A DNA stretch of 64,000 bases. Source: Eledone cirrhosa. Taxonomy: Eukaryota. Shown one piece after another: positions 1 to 12,325 of the stretch. The notes below the pieces were generated by a model. That model did not search any database. It saw only the letters and a list, made by a program, of their open reading frames with translations, and was not told the DNA's origin. Position numbers and translations under genes: made by a program. The first letter of the stretch is position 1; each line of letters begins with the position of its first letter. The stretch spans positions 166,656,001 to 166,720,000 of the forward strand of contig OZ024742.1 in the NCBI GenBank assembly GCA_964016885.1. The letters run 5' to 3'.

Positions 1-780
1 AAGAGAGATAATTTCTAGCCGTCCAAGGGGAGATAATTTCCAGCCAAGGGGAGATAATTTCCAGCCGTCCAAGGGGAGATAATTATTTAAAAAATCAGGT
101 GGAGATAATTTGTAAAAAAAATCAGGGGGAGATAATTTGTAAAAACAAAATCAAGGGCAGATAATTTCCAGCTGTCCAAGGGGAGATAATTTCCAGCCGT
201 GCAAGGGGAGATAATTTCCAGCCGTCCAAGGGGAGATAATTTCCATCCTTCCAAGGGGAGATAATGTCCAGCCGTCCAAGGGGAGATAATTTCCCGCCAG
301 CCAAGGGAAGATAATTTTTAAAAAAATCAGGCGGAGATTGTAAAAAAAATCAGGGGGAGATAATTTGTAAAAAAAAAATCAGGGGGAGATAATTTGTAAA
401 AAAAATCAGGGGTAGATAATTTGTAAAAAAAAATCAGGGGGAGATAATTTGTAAAAAAAAATCAGGGGGAGATAATTTCTAAAAAAATCAAGGGGAGATA
501 ATATGCAGCCGTCCAAGGGGAGATAATTTTCAGCCGTCCAAGGAGAGGTAATTTCTAGCCGTCCAAGGGGAGATAATTTCCAGCCGTCCAAGCGGAGATA
601 ATTTCCAGCCGTCCAAGGGGAGATAGTTTTTTTAAAAAAATCAGGCGGAGATAATTTGTAAAAAAAAAATCAGGGGGAGATAATTTGTAAAAAAAAATCA
701 GGGGGAGATAATTTGTAAAAAAAAATCAGGGGGAGATAATTTGTAAAAAAAATCAGGGGGAGATAATTAGTAAAAAAAAT

Positions 781-1004
781 CAAGGGGAGATAATTTCCAG
801 CCGTCCAAGGGGAGGTAATATCTAGCCGTCCAAGGGGAGATAATTTCCAGCCGTCCAAGGGGAGATAATTTCCAGCCGTCCAAGGGTAGATAATATCCAG
901 CCGTCCAAGTAGACATATTTTCCAGCCGTCCAAGGAGAGGTAATTTCTAGCCGTCCAAGGGGAGATAAATTCCAGCCTCCAAGGGGAGATAATTTCCAGC
1001 CAGC
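781..1004 (+). repeat. Representative type-A cassette: 9 monomers, 224 bp, with a fixed order of diagnostic variants
   Basis: Monomers start at 781, 806 (GGGGAGGTAATATCTAG), 831, 856, 881 (GGGTAGATAATAT), 906 (GTAGACATATTTT), 931 (GGAGAGGTAATTTCTAG), 956 (24 bp, GATAAATTCCAGCCTC) and 980 (CCAGCCAGC). The same order recurs throughout, for example near 2380, 10590, 24860, 41360 and 52160. Confidence 0.93.
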
Positions 1005-1251
1005 CAAGGGGAGATAATTTGTAAAAAAATCAGGGGGAGATAATTTGTAAAAAAAATCAGGGGGAGATAATTTGTAAAAAAAAATCAGGGGGAGATAATT
1101 TGTAAAAAAAAATCAGGGGGAGATAATTTGTAAAAAAAATCAAGGGGAGATAATTTGTAAAAAAAAATCAGGGGGAGATAATTTGTAAAAAAAAATCAGG
1201 GGGAGATAATTTGTAAAAAAAAATCAGGGGGAGATAATTTGTAAAAAAAAT
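1005..1251 (+). repeat. Representative type-B block: 9 monomers, 247 bp
   Basis: A-tract lengths read 7, 8, 9, 9, 8, 9, 9, 9, 8. The monomer lengths sum to 247 bp. Confidence 0.93.
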
Positions 1252-4137
1252 CAAGGGGAGATAATTTCCAGCCGTCCAAGGAGAGATAATTTTAAAAAAA
1301 AATCAGGCGGAGATAATTTGTAAAAAAAATCAGGGGGAGATAATTTGTAAAAAAAAATCAGGGGGAGATAATTTGTAAAAAAAAATCAGGGGGAGATAAT
1401 TTCCAGCCGTCCAAGGTAAGATAATTTCCAGCCCTCCAAGGGGCTATAATTTCCAGCCGTCCAAGGGTAGATAATATCCAGCCGTCCAAGTAGACATATT
1501 TTCCAGCCGTTCAAGGAGAGGTAATTTCTAGCCGTCCAAGGGGAGATAAATTCCAGCCTCCAAGGGGAGATAATTTCCAGCCAGCCAAGGGGAGATAATT
1601 TGTAAAAAAATCAGGGGGAGATAATTTGTAAAAAAAATCAGGGGGAGATAATTTGTAAAAAAAAATCAGGGGGAGATAATTTTTAAAAAAAAATCAGGGG
1701 GAGATAATTTGTAAAAAAAAATCAGGGGGAGATAATTTGTAAAAAAAATCAAGGGGAGATAATTTCCAGCCGTCCAAGGGGAGATAATTTTCAGCCGTCC
1801 AAGGGGAGATAATTTCCAGCCGTCCAAGGGGAGATAATTTCCATCCTTCCAAGGGGAGATAATTTCCAGCCGTCCAAGGGGAGATAATTTTCAGCCGTCC
1901 AAGGGGAGATAATTTCCCGCCAGCCAAGGGAAGATAATATTTTAAAAAATCAGGCGGAGATAATTTGTAAAAAAAATCAGGGGGAGATAATTTGTAAAAA
2001 AATCAGGGGGAGATAATTTGTAAAAAAAAAATCAGGGGGAGATAATTTGTAAAAAAAATCAGGGGGAGATAATTTGTAAAAAAAATCAGGGGTAGATAAT
2101 TTGTAAAAAAAAATCAGGGGGAGATAATTTGTAAAAAAAAATCAGGGGGAGATAATTTGTAAAAAAAATCAGGGGGAGATAATTTGTAAAAAAAAATCAG
2201 GGGGAGATAATTTCCGGCCGTCCAAGGGGAGATAATTTTCAGCCGTCCAAGGGGAGATAATTTCCCGCTAGCCAAGGGAAGATAATATTTAAAAAAATCA
2301 GGCGGAGATAATTTGTAAAAAAAATCAGGGGGAGATAATTTGTAAAAAAATCAGGGGGAGATAATTTGTAAAAAAAATCAAGGGGAGATAATTTCCAGCC
2401 GTCCAAGGGGAGGTAATATCTAGCCGTCCAAGGGGAGATAATTTCCAGCCGTCCAAGTGGAGATAATTTCCAGCCGTCCAAGGGTAGATAATATCCAGCC
2501 GTCAAAGGAGACATATTTTCCAGCCGTCCAAGGAGAGGTAATTTCTAGCCGTCCAAGGGGAGATAAATTCCAGCCTCCAAGGGGAGATAATTTCCAGCCA
2601 GCCAAGGGGAGATAATTTGTAAAAAAAATCAGGGGGAGATAATTTGTAAAAAAAATCAGGAGATAATTTGTAAAAAAATCAGGGGGAGATAATTTGTAAA
2701 AAAAAAATCAGGGGGAGATAATTTGTAAAAAAAATCAGGGGGAGATGATTTGTAAAAAAAAATCAGGGGTAGATAATTTGTAAAAAAAAATCAGGGGGTG
2801 ATAATTTGTAAAAAAAAATCAGGGGGAGATAATTTGTAAAAAAAATCAAGGGGAGATAATTTCCAGCCGTCGAAGGGAAGATAATTTCCAGCCCTGCAAG
2901 GGGCTATAATTTCCAGCGTCCAAGGGGAGATAATTTCCAGCCGTCCAAGGGGAGATAATTTCCAGCCGTCCAAGGGTAGATAATATCCAGCCGTCCAAGT
3001 AGACATTTTCCAGCCGTCCAAGGAGAGGTAATTTCTAGCCGTCCAAGGGGAGATAAATTCCAGCCTCCAAGGGGAGATAATTTCCAGCCAGCCAAGGGGA
3101 GATAATTTGTAAAAAAATCAGGGGGAGATAATTTGTAAAAAAAATCAGGGGGAGATAATTTGTAAAAAAAAATCAGGGGGAGATAATTTGTAAAAACAAT
3201 CAGGGGGAGATAATTTGTAAAAAAAATCAGGGGGAGATAATTTGTAAAAAAAATCAAGGGGAGATAATTTCCAGCCGTCCAAGGGGAGATAATTTTCAGC
3301 CGTCCAAGGGGAGATAATTTCCAGCCGTCCAAGGGGAGATAATTTCCATCCTTCCAAGGGGAGATAATTTCCAGCCGTCCAAGGGGAGATAATTTTCAGC
3401 CGTCCAAGGGGAGATAATTTCCCGCCAGCCAAGGGAAGATAATATTTTAAAAAATCAGGCGGAGATAATTTGTAAAAAAAATCAGGGGGAGATAATTTGT
3501 AAAAAAATCAGGGGGAGATAATTTGTAAAAAAAAAATCAGGGGGAGATAATTTGTAAAAAAAATCAGGGGGAGATAATTTGTAAAAAAAAATCAGGGGTA
3601 GATAATTTGTAAAAAAAAATCAGGGGGAGATAATTTGTAAAAAAAAAATCAGGGGGAGATAATTTGTAAAAAAAATCAAGGGGAGATAATTTCCAGCCGT
3701 CCAAGGAGAGATAATTTTTAAAAAAAATCAGGCGGAGATAATTTGTAAAAAAAAATCAAGGGGAGATAATTTGTAAAAAAAAATCAAGGGGAGATAATTT
3801 GTAAAAAAAATCAAGGGGAGATAATTTCCAGCCGTCCAAGGGAAGATAATTTCCAGCACTCCAAGGGGCTATAATTTCCAGTGTCCAAGGGGAGATAATT
3901 TCCAGCCAGCGAAGGGGAGATAATTTTTTTAAAAAAATCAGGGGGAGATATGTAAAAAAAATCAGAGGGAGATAATTTCTAAAAAAAATCAAAGGGAGAT
4001 AATTTCCAGCCGTCCAAAGAGAGATAATTTCTAGCCGTCCAAGGGGAGATAATTTCCAGCCAAGGGGAGATAATTTCCAGCCGTCCAAGGGGAGATAATT
4101 ATTTAAAAAATCAGGTGGAGATAATTTGTAAAAAAAA

Positions 4138-7100
4138 TCAGGGGGAGATAATTTGTAAAAACAAAATCAAGGGCAGATAATTTCCAGCTGTCCAAGGGGA
4201 GATAATTTCCAGCCGTGCAAGGGGAGATAATTTCCAGCCGTCCAAGGGGAGATAATTTCCATCCTTCCAAGGGGAGATAATGTCCTGCCGTCCAAGGGGA
4301 GATAATTTCCCGCCAGCCAAGGGAAGATAATTTTTAAAAAAATCAGGCGGAGATTGTAAAAAAAATCAGGGGGAGATAATTTGTAAAAAAAAAATCAGGG
4401 GGAGATAATTTGTAAAAAAAATCAGGGGTAGATAATTTTTAAAAAAAAATCAGGGGGAGATAATTTGTAAAAAAAAATCAGGGGGAGATAATTTCTAAAA
4501 AAATCAAGGGGAGATAATATGCAGCCGTCCAAGGGGAGATAATTTTCAGCCGTCCAAGGAGAGGTAATTTCTAGCCGTCCAAGGGGAGATAATTTCCAGC
4601 CGTCCAAGGGGAGATAATTTCCAGCCGTCCAAGGGGAGATAGTTTTTTTAAAAAAATCAGGCGGAGATAATTTGTAAAAAAAAAATCAGGGGGAGATAAT
4701 TTGTAAAAAAAAATCAGGGGGAGATAATTTGTAAAAAAAAATCAGGGGGAGATAATTTGTAAAAAAAAATCAGGGGGAGATAATTTGTAAAAAAAAATCA
4801 GGGGGAGATAATTTGTAAAAAAAAATCAGGGGGAGATAATTTGTAAAAAAAATCAGGGGGAGATAATTAGTAAAAAAAATCAAGGGGAGATAATTTCCAG
4901 CCGTCCAAGGGGAGGTAATATCTAGCCGTCCAAGGGGAGATAATTTCCAGCCGTCCAAGGGGAGATAATTTCCAGCCGTCCAAGGGTAGATAATATCCAG
5001 CCGTCCAAGTAGACATATTTTCTAGCCGTCCAAGGGGAGATAAATTCCAGCCTCCAAGGGGAGATAATTTCCAGCCAGCCAAGGGGAGATAATTTGTAAA
5101 AAAATCAGGGGGAGATAATTTGTAAAAAAAATCAGGGGGAGATAATTTGTAAAAAAAAATCAGGGGGAGATAATTTGTAAAAAAAAATCAGGGGGAGATA
5201 ATTTGTAAAAAAAATCAAGGGGAGATAATTTGTAAAAAAAAATCAGGGGGAGATAATTTGTAAAAAAAAATCAGGGGGAGATAATTTGTAAAAAAAAATC
5301 AGGGGGAGATAATTTGTAAAAAAAATCAAGGGGAGATAATTTCCAGCCGTCCAAGGAGAGATAATTTAAAAAAAAAATCAGGCGGAGATAATTTGTAAAA
5401 AAAAATCAGGGGGAGATAATTTGTAAAAAAAAATCAGGGGGAGATAATTTGTAAAAAAAATCAAGGGGAGATAATTTCCAGCCGTCCAAGGGGAGATAAT
5501 TTCCAGCCGTCCAAGGGGAGATAATTTTTTTAAAAAAATCAGGCGGAGATAATTTGTAAAAGAAATCAGGGGGAGATAATTTGTAAAAAAAAATCAGGGG
5601 GAGATAATTTGTAAAAAAAAATCAGGGGGAGATAATTTCCAGCCGTCCAAGGTAAGATAATTTCCAGCCCTCCAAGGGGCTATAATTTCCAGCCGTCCAA
5701 GGGTAGATAATATCCAGCCGTCCAAGTAGACATATTTTCCAGCCGTCCAAGGAGAGGTAATTTCTAGCCGTCCAAGGGGAGATAAATTCCAGCCTCCAAG
5801 GGGAGATAATTTCCAGCCAGCCAAGGGGAGATAATTTGTAAAAAAATCAGGGGGAGATAATTTGTGAAAAAAATCAGGGGGAGATAATTTGTAAAAAAAA
5901 ATCAGGGGGAGATAATTTGTAAAAAAAAATCAGGGGGAGATAATTTGTAAAAAAAAATCAGGGGGAGATAATTTGTCAAAAAAATCAAGGGGAGATAATT
6001 TCCAGCCGTCCAAGGGGAGATAATTTTCAGCCGTCCAAGGGTAGATAATATCCAGCCGTCCAAGTAGACATATTTTCCAGCCGTCCAAGGAGAGGTAATT
6101 TCTAGCCGTCCAAGGGGAGATAAATTCCAGCCTCCAAGGGGAGATAATTTCCAGCCAGCCAAGGGGAGATAATTTGTAAAAAAATCAGGGGGAGATAATT
6201 TGTAAAAAAAATCAGGGGGAGATAATTTGTAAAAAAAAATCAGGGGGAGATAATTTGTAAAAAAAAATCAGGGGGAGATAATTTGTAAAAAAAAATCAGG
6301 GGGAGATAATTTGTCAAAAAAATCAAGGGGAGATAATTTCCAGCCGTCCAAGGGGAGATAATTTTCAGCCGTCCAAGGGGAGATAATTTCCAGCCGTCCA
6401 AGGGGAGATAATTTCCATCCTTCCAAGGGGAGATAATTTCCAGCCGTCCAAGGGGAGATAATTTTCAGCCGTCCAAGGGGAGATAATTTCCCGCCAGCCA
6501 AGGGAAGATAATATTTTAAAAAATCAGGCGGAGATAATTTGTAAAAAAAATCAGGGGGAGATAATTTGTAAAAAAATCAGGGGGAGATAATTTGTAAAAA
6601 AAAAATCAGGGGGAGATAATTTGTAAAAAAAATCAGGGGGAGATAATTTGTAAAAAAAAATCAGGGGTAGATAATTTGTAAAAAAAAATCAGGGGGAGAT
6701 AATTTGTAAAAAAAATCAGGGGGAGATAATTTGTAAAAAAAATCAGGGGGAGATAATTTGTAAAAAAAAATCAGGGGGAGATAATTTCCGGCCGTCCAAG
6801 GGGAGATAATTTTCAGCCGTCCAAGGGGAGATAATTTCCCGCCAGCCAAGGGAAGATAATATTTAAAAAAATCAGGCGGAGATAATTTGTAAAAAAAATC
6901 AGGGGGAGATAATTTGTAAAAAAAAATCAGGGGGAGATAATTTGTAAAAAAAATCAGGGGGAGATGATTTATAAAAAAAAATCAGGGGTAGATAATTTGT
7001 AAAAAAAAATCAGGGGGTGATAATTTGTAAAAAAAAATCAGGGGGAGATAATTTGTAAAAAAAATCAAGGGGAGATAATTTCCAGCCGTCGAAGGGAAGA

Positions 7101-8384
7101 TAATTTCCAGCCCTCCAAGGGGCTATTATTTCCAGCGTCCAAGGGGAGATAATTTCCAGCCGTCCAAGGGGAGATAATTTCCAGCCGTCCAAGGGTAGAT
7201 AATATCCAGCCGTCCAAGTAGACATTTTCCAGCCGTCCAAGGAGAGGTAATTTCTAGCCGTCCAAGGGGAGATAAATTCCAGCCTCCAAGGGGAGATAAT
7301 TTCCAGCCAGCCAAGGGGAGATAATTTGTAAAAAAATCAGGGGGAGATAATTTGTAAAAAAAATCAGGGGGAGATAATTTGTAAAAAAAAATCAGGGGGA
7401 GATAATTTGTAAAAACAATCAGGGGGAGATAATTTGTAAAAAAAATCAGGGGGAGATAATTTGTAAAAAAAATCAAGGGGAGATAATTTCCAGCCGTCCA
7501 AGGGGAGATAATTTTCAGCCGTCCAAGGGGAGATAATTTCCAGCCGTCCAAGGGGAGATAATTTCCATCCTTCCAAGGGGAGATAATTTCCAGCCGTCCA
7601 AGGGGAGATAATTTTCAGCCGTCCAAGGGGAGATAATTTCCCGCCAGCCAAGGGAAGATAATATTTTAAAAAATCAGGCGGAGATAATTTGTAAAAAAAA
7701 TCAGGGGGAGATAATTTGTAAAAAAATCAGGGGGAGATAATTTGTAAAAAAAAAATCAGGGGGAGATAATTTGTAAAAAAAATCAGGGGGAGATAATTTG
7801 TAAAAAAAAATCAGGGGTAGATAATTTGTAAAAAAAAATCAGGGGGAGATAATTTGTAAAAAAAAAATCAGGGGGAGATAATTTGTAAAAAAAATCAAGG
7901 GGAGATAATTTCCAGCCGTCCAAGGAGAGATAATTTTTAAAAAAAATCAGGCGGAGATAATTTGTAAAAAAAAATCAAGGGGAGATAATTTGTAAAAAAA
8001 AATCAAGGGGAGATAATTTGTAAAAAAAAATCAAGGGGAGATAATTTGTAAAAAAAATCAAGGGGAGATAATTTCCAGCCGTCCAAGGGAAGATAATTTC
8101 CAGCACTCCAAGGGGCTATAATTTCCAGTGTCCAAGGGGAGATAATTTCCAGCCAGCGAAGGGGAGATAATTTTTTTAAAAAAATCAGGGGGAGATATGT
8201 AAAAAAAATCAGAGGGAGATAATTTCTAAAAAAAATCAAAGGGAGATAATTTCCAGCCGTCCAAAGAGAGATAATTTCTAGCCGTCCAAGGGGAGATAAT
8301 TTCCAGCCAAGGGGAGATAATTTCCAGCCGTCCAAGGGGAGATAATTATTTAAAAAATCAGGTGGAGATAATTTGTAAAAAAAA
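4138..8384 (+). repeat. HOR unit, type Y (4247 bp)
   Basis: Anchor to anchor. Carries the Y markers GGGGTAGATAATTTTTAAAA (about 4425), the fused monomer GTAGACATATTTTCTAGCC (about 5009) and TTTGTCAAAA (about 5972 and 6310). Confidence 0.85.
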
Positions 8385-11300
8385 TCAGGGGGAGATAATT
8401 TGTAAAAACAAAATCAAGGGCAGATAATTTCCAGCTGTCCAAGGGGAGATAATTTCCAGCCGTGCAAGGGGAGATAATTTCCAGCCGTCCAAGGGGAGAT
8501 AATTTCCATCCTTCCAAGGGGAGATAATGTCCAGCCGTCCAAGGGGAGATAATTTCCCGCCAGCCAAGGGAAGATAATTTTTAAAAAAATCAGGCGGAGA
8601 TTGTAAAAAAAATCAGGGGGAGATAATTTGTAAAAAAAAAATCAGGGGGAGATAATTTGTAAAAAAAATCAGGGGTAGATAATTTGTAAAAAAAAATCAG
8701 GGGGAGATAATTTGTAAAAAAAAATCAGGGGGAGATAATTTCTAAAAAAATCAAGGGGAGATAATATGCAGCCGTCCAAGGGGAGATAATTTTCAGCCGT
8801 CCAAGGAGAGGTAATTTCTAGCCGTCCAAGGGGAGATAATTTCCAGCCGTCCAAGGGGAGATAATTTCCAGCCGTCCAAGGGGAGATAGTTTTTTTAAAA
8901 AAATCAGGCGGAGATAATTTGTAAAAAAAAAATCAGGGGGAGATAATTTGTAAAAAAAAATCAGGGGGAGATAATTTGTAAAAAAAAATCAGGGGGAGAT
9001 AATTTGTAAAAAAAATCAGGGGGAGATAATTAGTAAAAAAAATCAAGGGGAGATAATTTCCAGCCGTCCAAGGGGAGGTAATATCTAGCCGTCCAAGGGG
9101 AGATAATTTCCAGCCGTCCAAGGGTAGATAATATCCAGCCGTCCAAGTAGACATATTTTCCAGCCGTCCAAGGAGAGGTAATTTCTAGCCGTCCAAGGGG
9201 AGATAAATTCCAGCCTCCAAGGGGAGATAATTTCCAGCCAGCCAAGGGGAGATAATTTGTAAAAAAATCAGGGGGAGATAATTTGTAAAAAAAATCAGGG
9301 GGAGATAATTTGTAAAAAAAAATCAGGGGGAGATAATTTGTAAAAAAAAATCAGGGGGAGATAATTTGTAAAAAAAATCAAGGGGAGATAATTTGTAAAA
9401 AAAAATCAGGGGGAGATAATTTGTAAAAAAAAATCAGGGGGAGATAATTTGTAAAAAAAAATCAGGGGGAGATAATTTGTAAAAAAAATCAAGGGGAGAT
9501 AATTTCCAGCCGTCCAAGGAGAGATAATTTTAAAAAAAAATCAGGCGGAGATAATTTGTAAAAAAAATCAGGGGGAGATAATTTGTAAAAAAAAATCAGG
9601 GGGAGATAATTTGTAAAAAAGAATCAGGGGGAGATAATTTCCAGCCGTCCAAGGTAAGATAATTTCCAGCCCTCCAAGGGGCTATAATTTCCAGCCGTCC
9701 AAGGGTAGATAATATCCAGCCGTCCAAGTAGACATATTTTCCAGCCGTTCAAGGAGAGGTAATTTCTAGCCGTCCAAGGGGAGATAATTTCCAGCCAGCC
9801 AAGGGGAGATAATTTGTAAAAAAATCAGGGGGAGATAATTTGTAAAAAAAATCAGGGGGAGATAATTTGTAAAAAAAAATCAGGGGGAGATAATTTGTAA
9901 AAAAAAATCAGGGGGAGATAATTTGTAAAAAAAAATCAGGGGGAGATAATTTGTAAAAAAAATCAAGGGGAGATAATTTCCAGCCGTCCAAGGGGAGATA
10001 ATTTTCAGCCGTCCAAGGGGAGATAATTTCCAGCCGTCCAAGGGGAGATAATTTCCATCCTTCCAAGGGGAGATAATTTCCAGCCGTCCAAGGGGAGATA
10101 ATTTTCAGCCGTCCAAGGGGAGATAATTTCCCGCCAGCCAAGGGAAGATAATATTTTAAAAAATCAGGCGGAGATAATTTGTAAAAAAAATCAGGGGGAG
10201 ATAATTTGTAAAAAAATCAGGGGGAGATAATTTGTAAAAAAAAAATCAGGGGGAGATAATTTGTAAAAAAAATCAGGGGGAGATAATTTGTAAAAAAAAT
10301 CAGGGGTAGATAATTTGTAAAAAAAAATCAGGGGGAGATAATTTGTAAAAAAAAATCAGGGGGAGATAATTTGTAAAAAAAATCAGGGGGAGATAATTTG
10401 TAAAAAAAAATCAGGGGGAGATAATTTCCGGCCGTCCAAGGGGAGATAATTTTCAGCCGTCCAAGGGGAGATAATTTCCCGCCAGCCAAGGGAAGATAAT
10501 ATTTAAAAAAATCAGGCGGAGATAATTTGTAAAAAAAATCAGGGGGAGATAATTTGTAAAAAAATCAGGGGGAGATAATTTGTAAAAAAAATCAAGGGGA
10601 GATAATTTCCAGCCGTCCAAGGGGAGGTAATATCTAGCCGTCCAAGGGGAGATAATTTCCAGCCGTCCAAGTGGAGATAATTTCCAGCCGTCCAAGGGTA
10701 GATAATATCCAGCCGTCCAAGGAGACATATTTTCCAGCCGTCCAAGGAGAGGTAATTTCTAGCCGTCCAAGGGGAGATAAATTCCAGCCTCCAAGGGGAG
10801 ATAATTTCCAGCCAGCCAAGGGGAGATAATTTGTAAAAAAAATCAGGGGGAGATAATTTGTAAAAAAAATCAGGAGGAGATAATTTGTAAAAAAATCAGG
10901 GGGAGATAATTTGTAAAAAAAAAATCAGGGGGAGATAATTTGTAAAAAAAATCAGGGGGAGATGATTTGTAAAAAAAAATCAGGGGTAGATAATTTGTAA
11001 AAAAAAATCAGGGGGTGATAATTTGTAAAAAAAAATCAGGGGGAGATAATTTGTAAAAAAAATCAAGGGGAGATAATTTCCAGCCGTCGAAGGGAAGATA
11101 ATTTCCAGCCCTCCAAGGGGCTATAATTTCCAGCGTCCAAGGGGAGATAATTTCCAGCCGTCCAAGGGGAGATAATTTCCAGCCGTCCAAGGGTAGATAA
11201 TATCCAGTCGTCCAAGTAGACATTTTCCAGCCGTCCAAGGAGAGGTAATTTCTAGCCGTCCAAGGGGAGATAAATTCCAGCCTCCAAGGGGAGATAATTT

Positions 11301-12325
11301 CCAGCCAGCCAAGGGGAGATAATTTGTAAAAAAATCAGGGGGAGATAATTTGTAAAAAAAATCAGGGGGAGATAATTTGTAAAAAAAAATCAGGGGGAGA
11401 TAATTTGTAAAAACAATCAGGGGGAGATAATTTGTAAAAAAAATCAGGGGGAGATAATTTGTAAAAAAAATCAAGGGGAGATAATTTCCAGCCGTCCAAG
11501 GGGAGATAATTTTCAGCCGTCCAAGGGGAGATAATTTCCAGCCGTCCAAGGGGAGATAATTTCCATCCTTCCAAGGGGAGATAATTTCCAGCCGTCCAAG
11601 GGGAGATAATTTTCAGCCGTCCAAGGGGAGATAATTTCCCGCCAGCCAAGGGAAGATAATATTTTAAAAAATCAGGCGGAGATAATTTGTAAAAAAAATC
11701 AGGGGGAGATAATTTGTAAAAAAATCAGGGGGAGATAATTTGTAAAAAAAAAATCAGGGGGAGATAATTTGTAAAAAAAATCAGGGGGAGATAATTTGTA
11801 AAAAAAAATCAGGGGTAGATAATTTGTAAAAAAAAATCAGGGGGAGATAATTTGTAAAAAAAATCAAGGGGAGATAATTTCCAGCCGTCCAAGGAGAGAT
11901 AATTTTTAAAAAAAATCAGGCGGAGATAATTTGTAAAAAAAAATCAAGGGGAGATAATTTGTAAAAAAAAATCAAGGGGAGATAATTTGTAAAAAAAATC
12001 AAGGGGAGATAATTTCCAGCCGTCCAAGGGAAGATAATTTCCAGCACTCCAAGGGGCTATAATTTCCAGTGTCCAAGGGGAGATAATTTCCAGCCAGCGA
12101 AGGGGAGATAATTTTTTTAAAAAAATCAGGGGGAGATATGTAAAAAAAATCAGAGGGAGATAATTTCTAAAAAAAATCAAAGGGAGATAATTTCCAGCCG
12201 TCCAAAGAGAGATAATTTCTAGCCGTCCAAGGGGAGATAATTTCCAGCCAAGGGGAGATAATTTCCAGCCGTCCAAGGGGAGATAATTATTTAAAAAATC
12301 AGGTGGAGATAATTTGTAAAAAAAA
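8385..12325 (+). repeat. HOR unit, type X (3941 bp)
   Basis: Anchor to anchor. The ORF-track pattern repeats that of 122-4137 with offsets stepping from 8263 to 8188. Confidence 0.85.

Larger units (their letters stand above)
122..4137 (+). repeat. HOR unit, type X (4016 bp)
   Basis: Bounded by successive copies of the anchor TCAGGGGGAGATAATTTGTAAAAACAAAATCAAGGGCAGATAATTTCCAGCTGTCC at 122 and 4138. Confidence 0.85.

Noticed and set aside
781-805. CENP-B box or NF-kB site in type A
   Set aside because: It lacks the TTCG....A..CGGG pattern of the CENP-B box. The GGG-to-TTCC spacing is longer than the 10-11-bp kB consensus.
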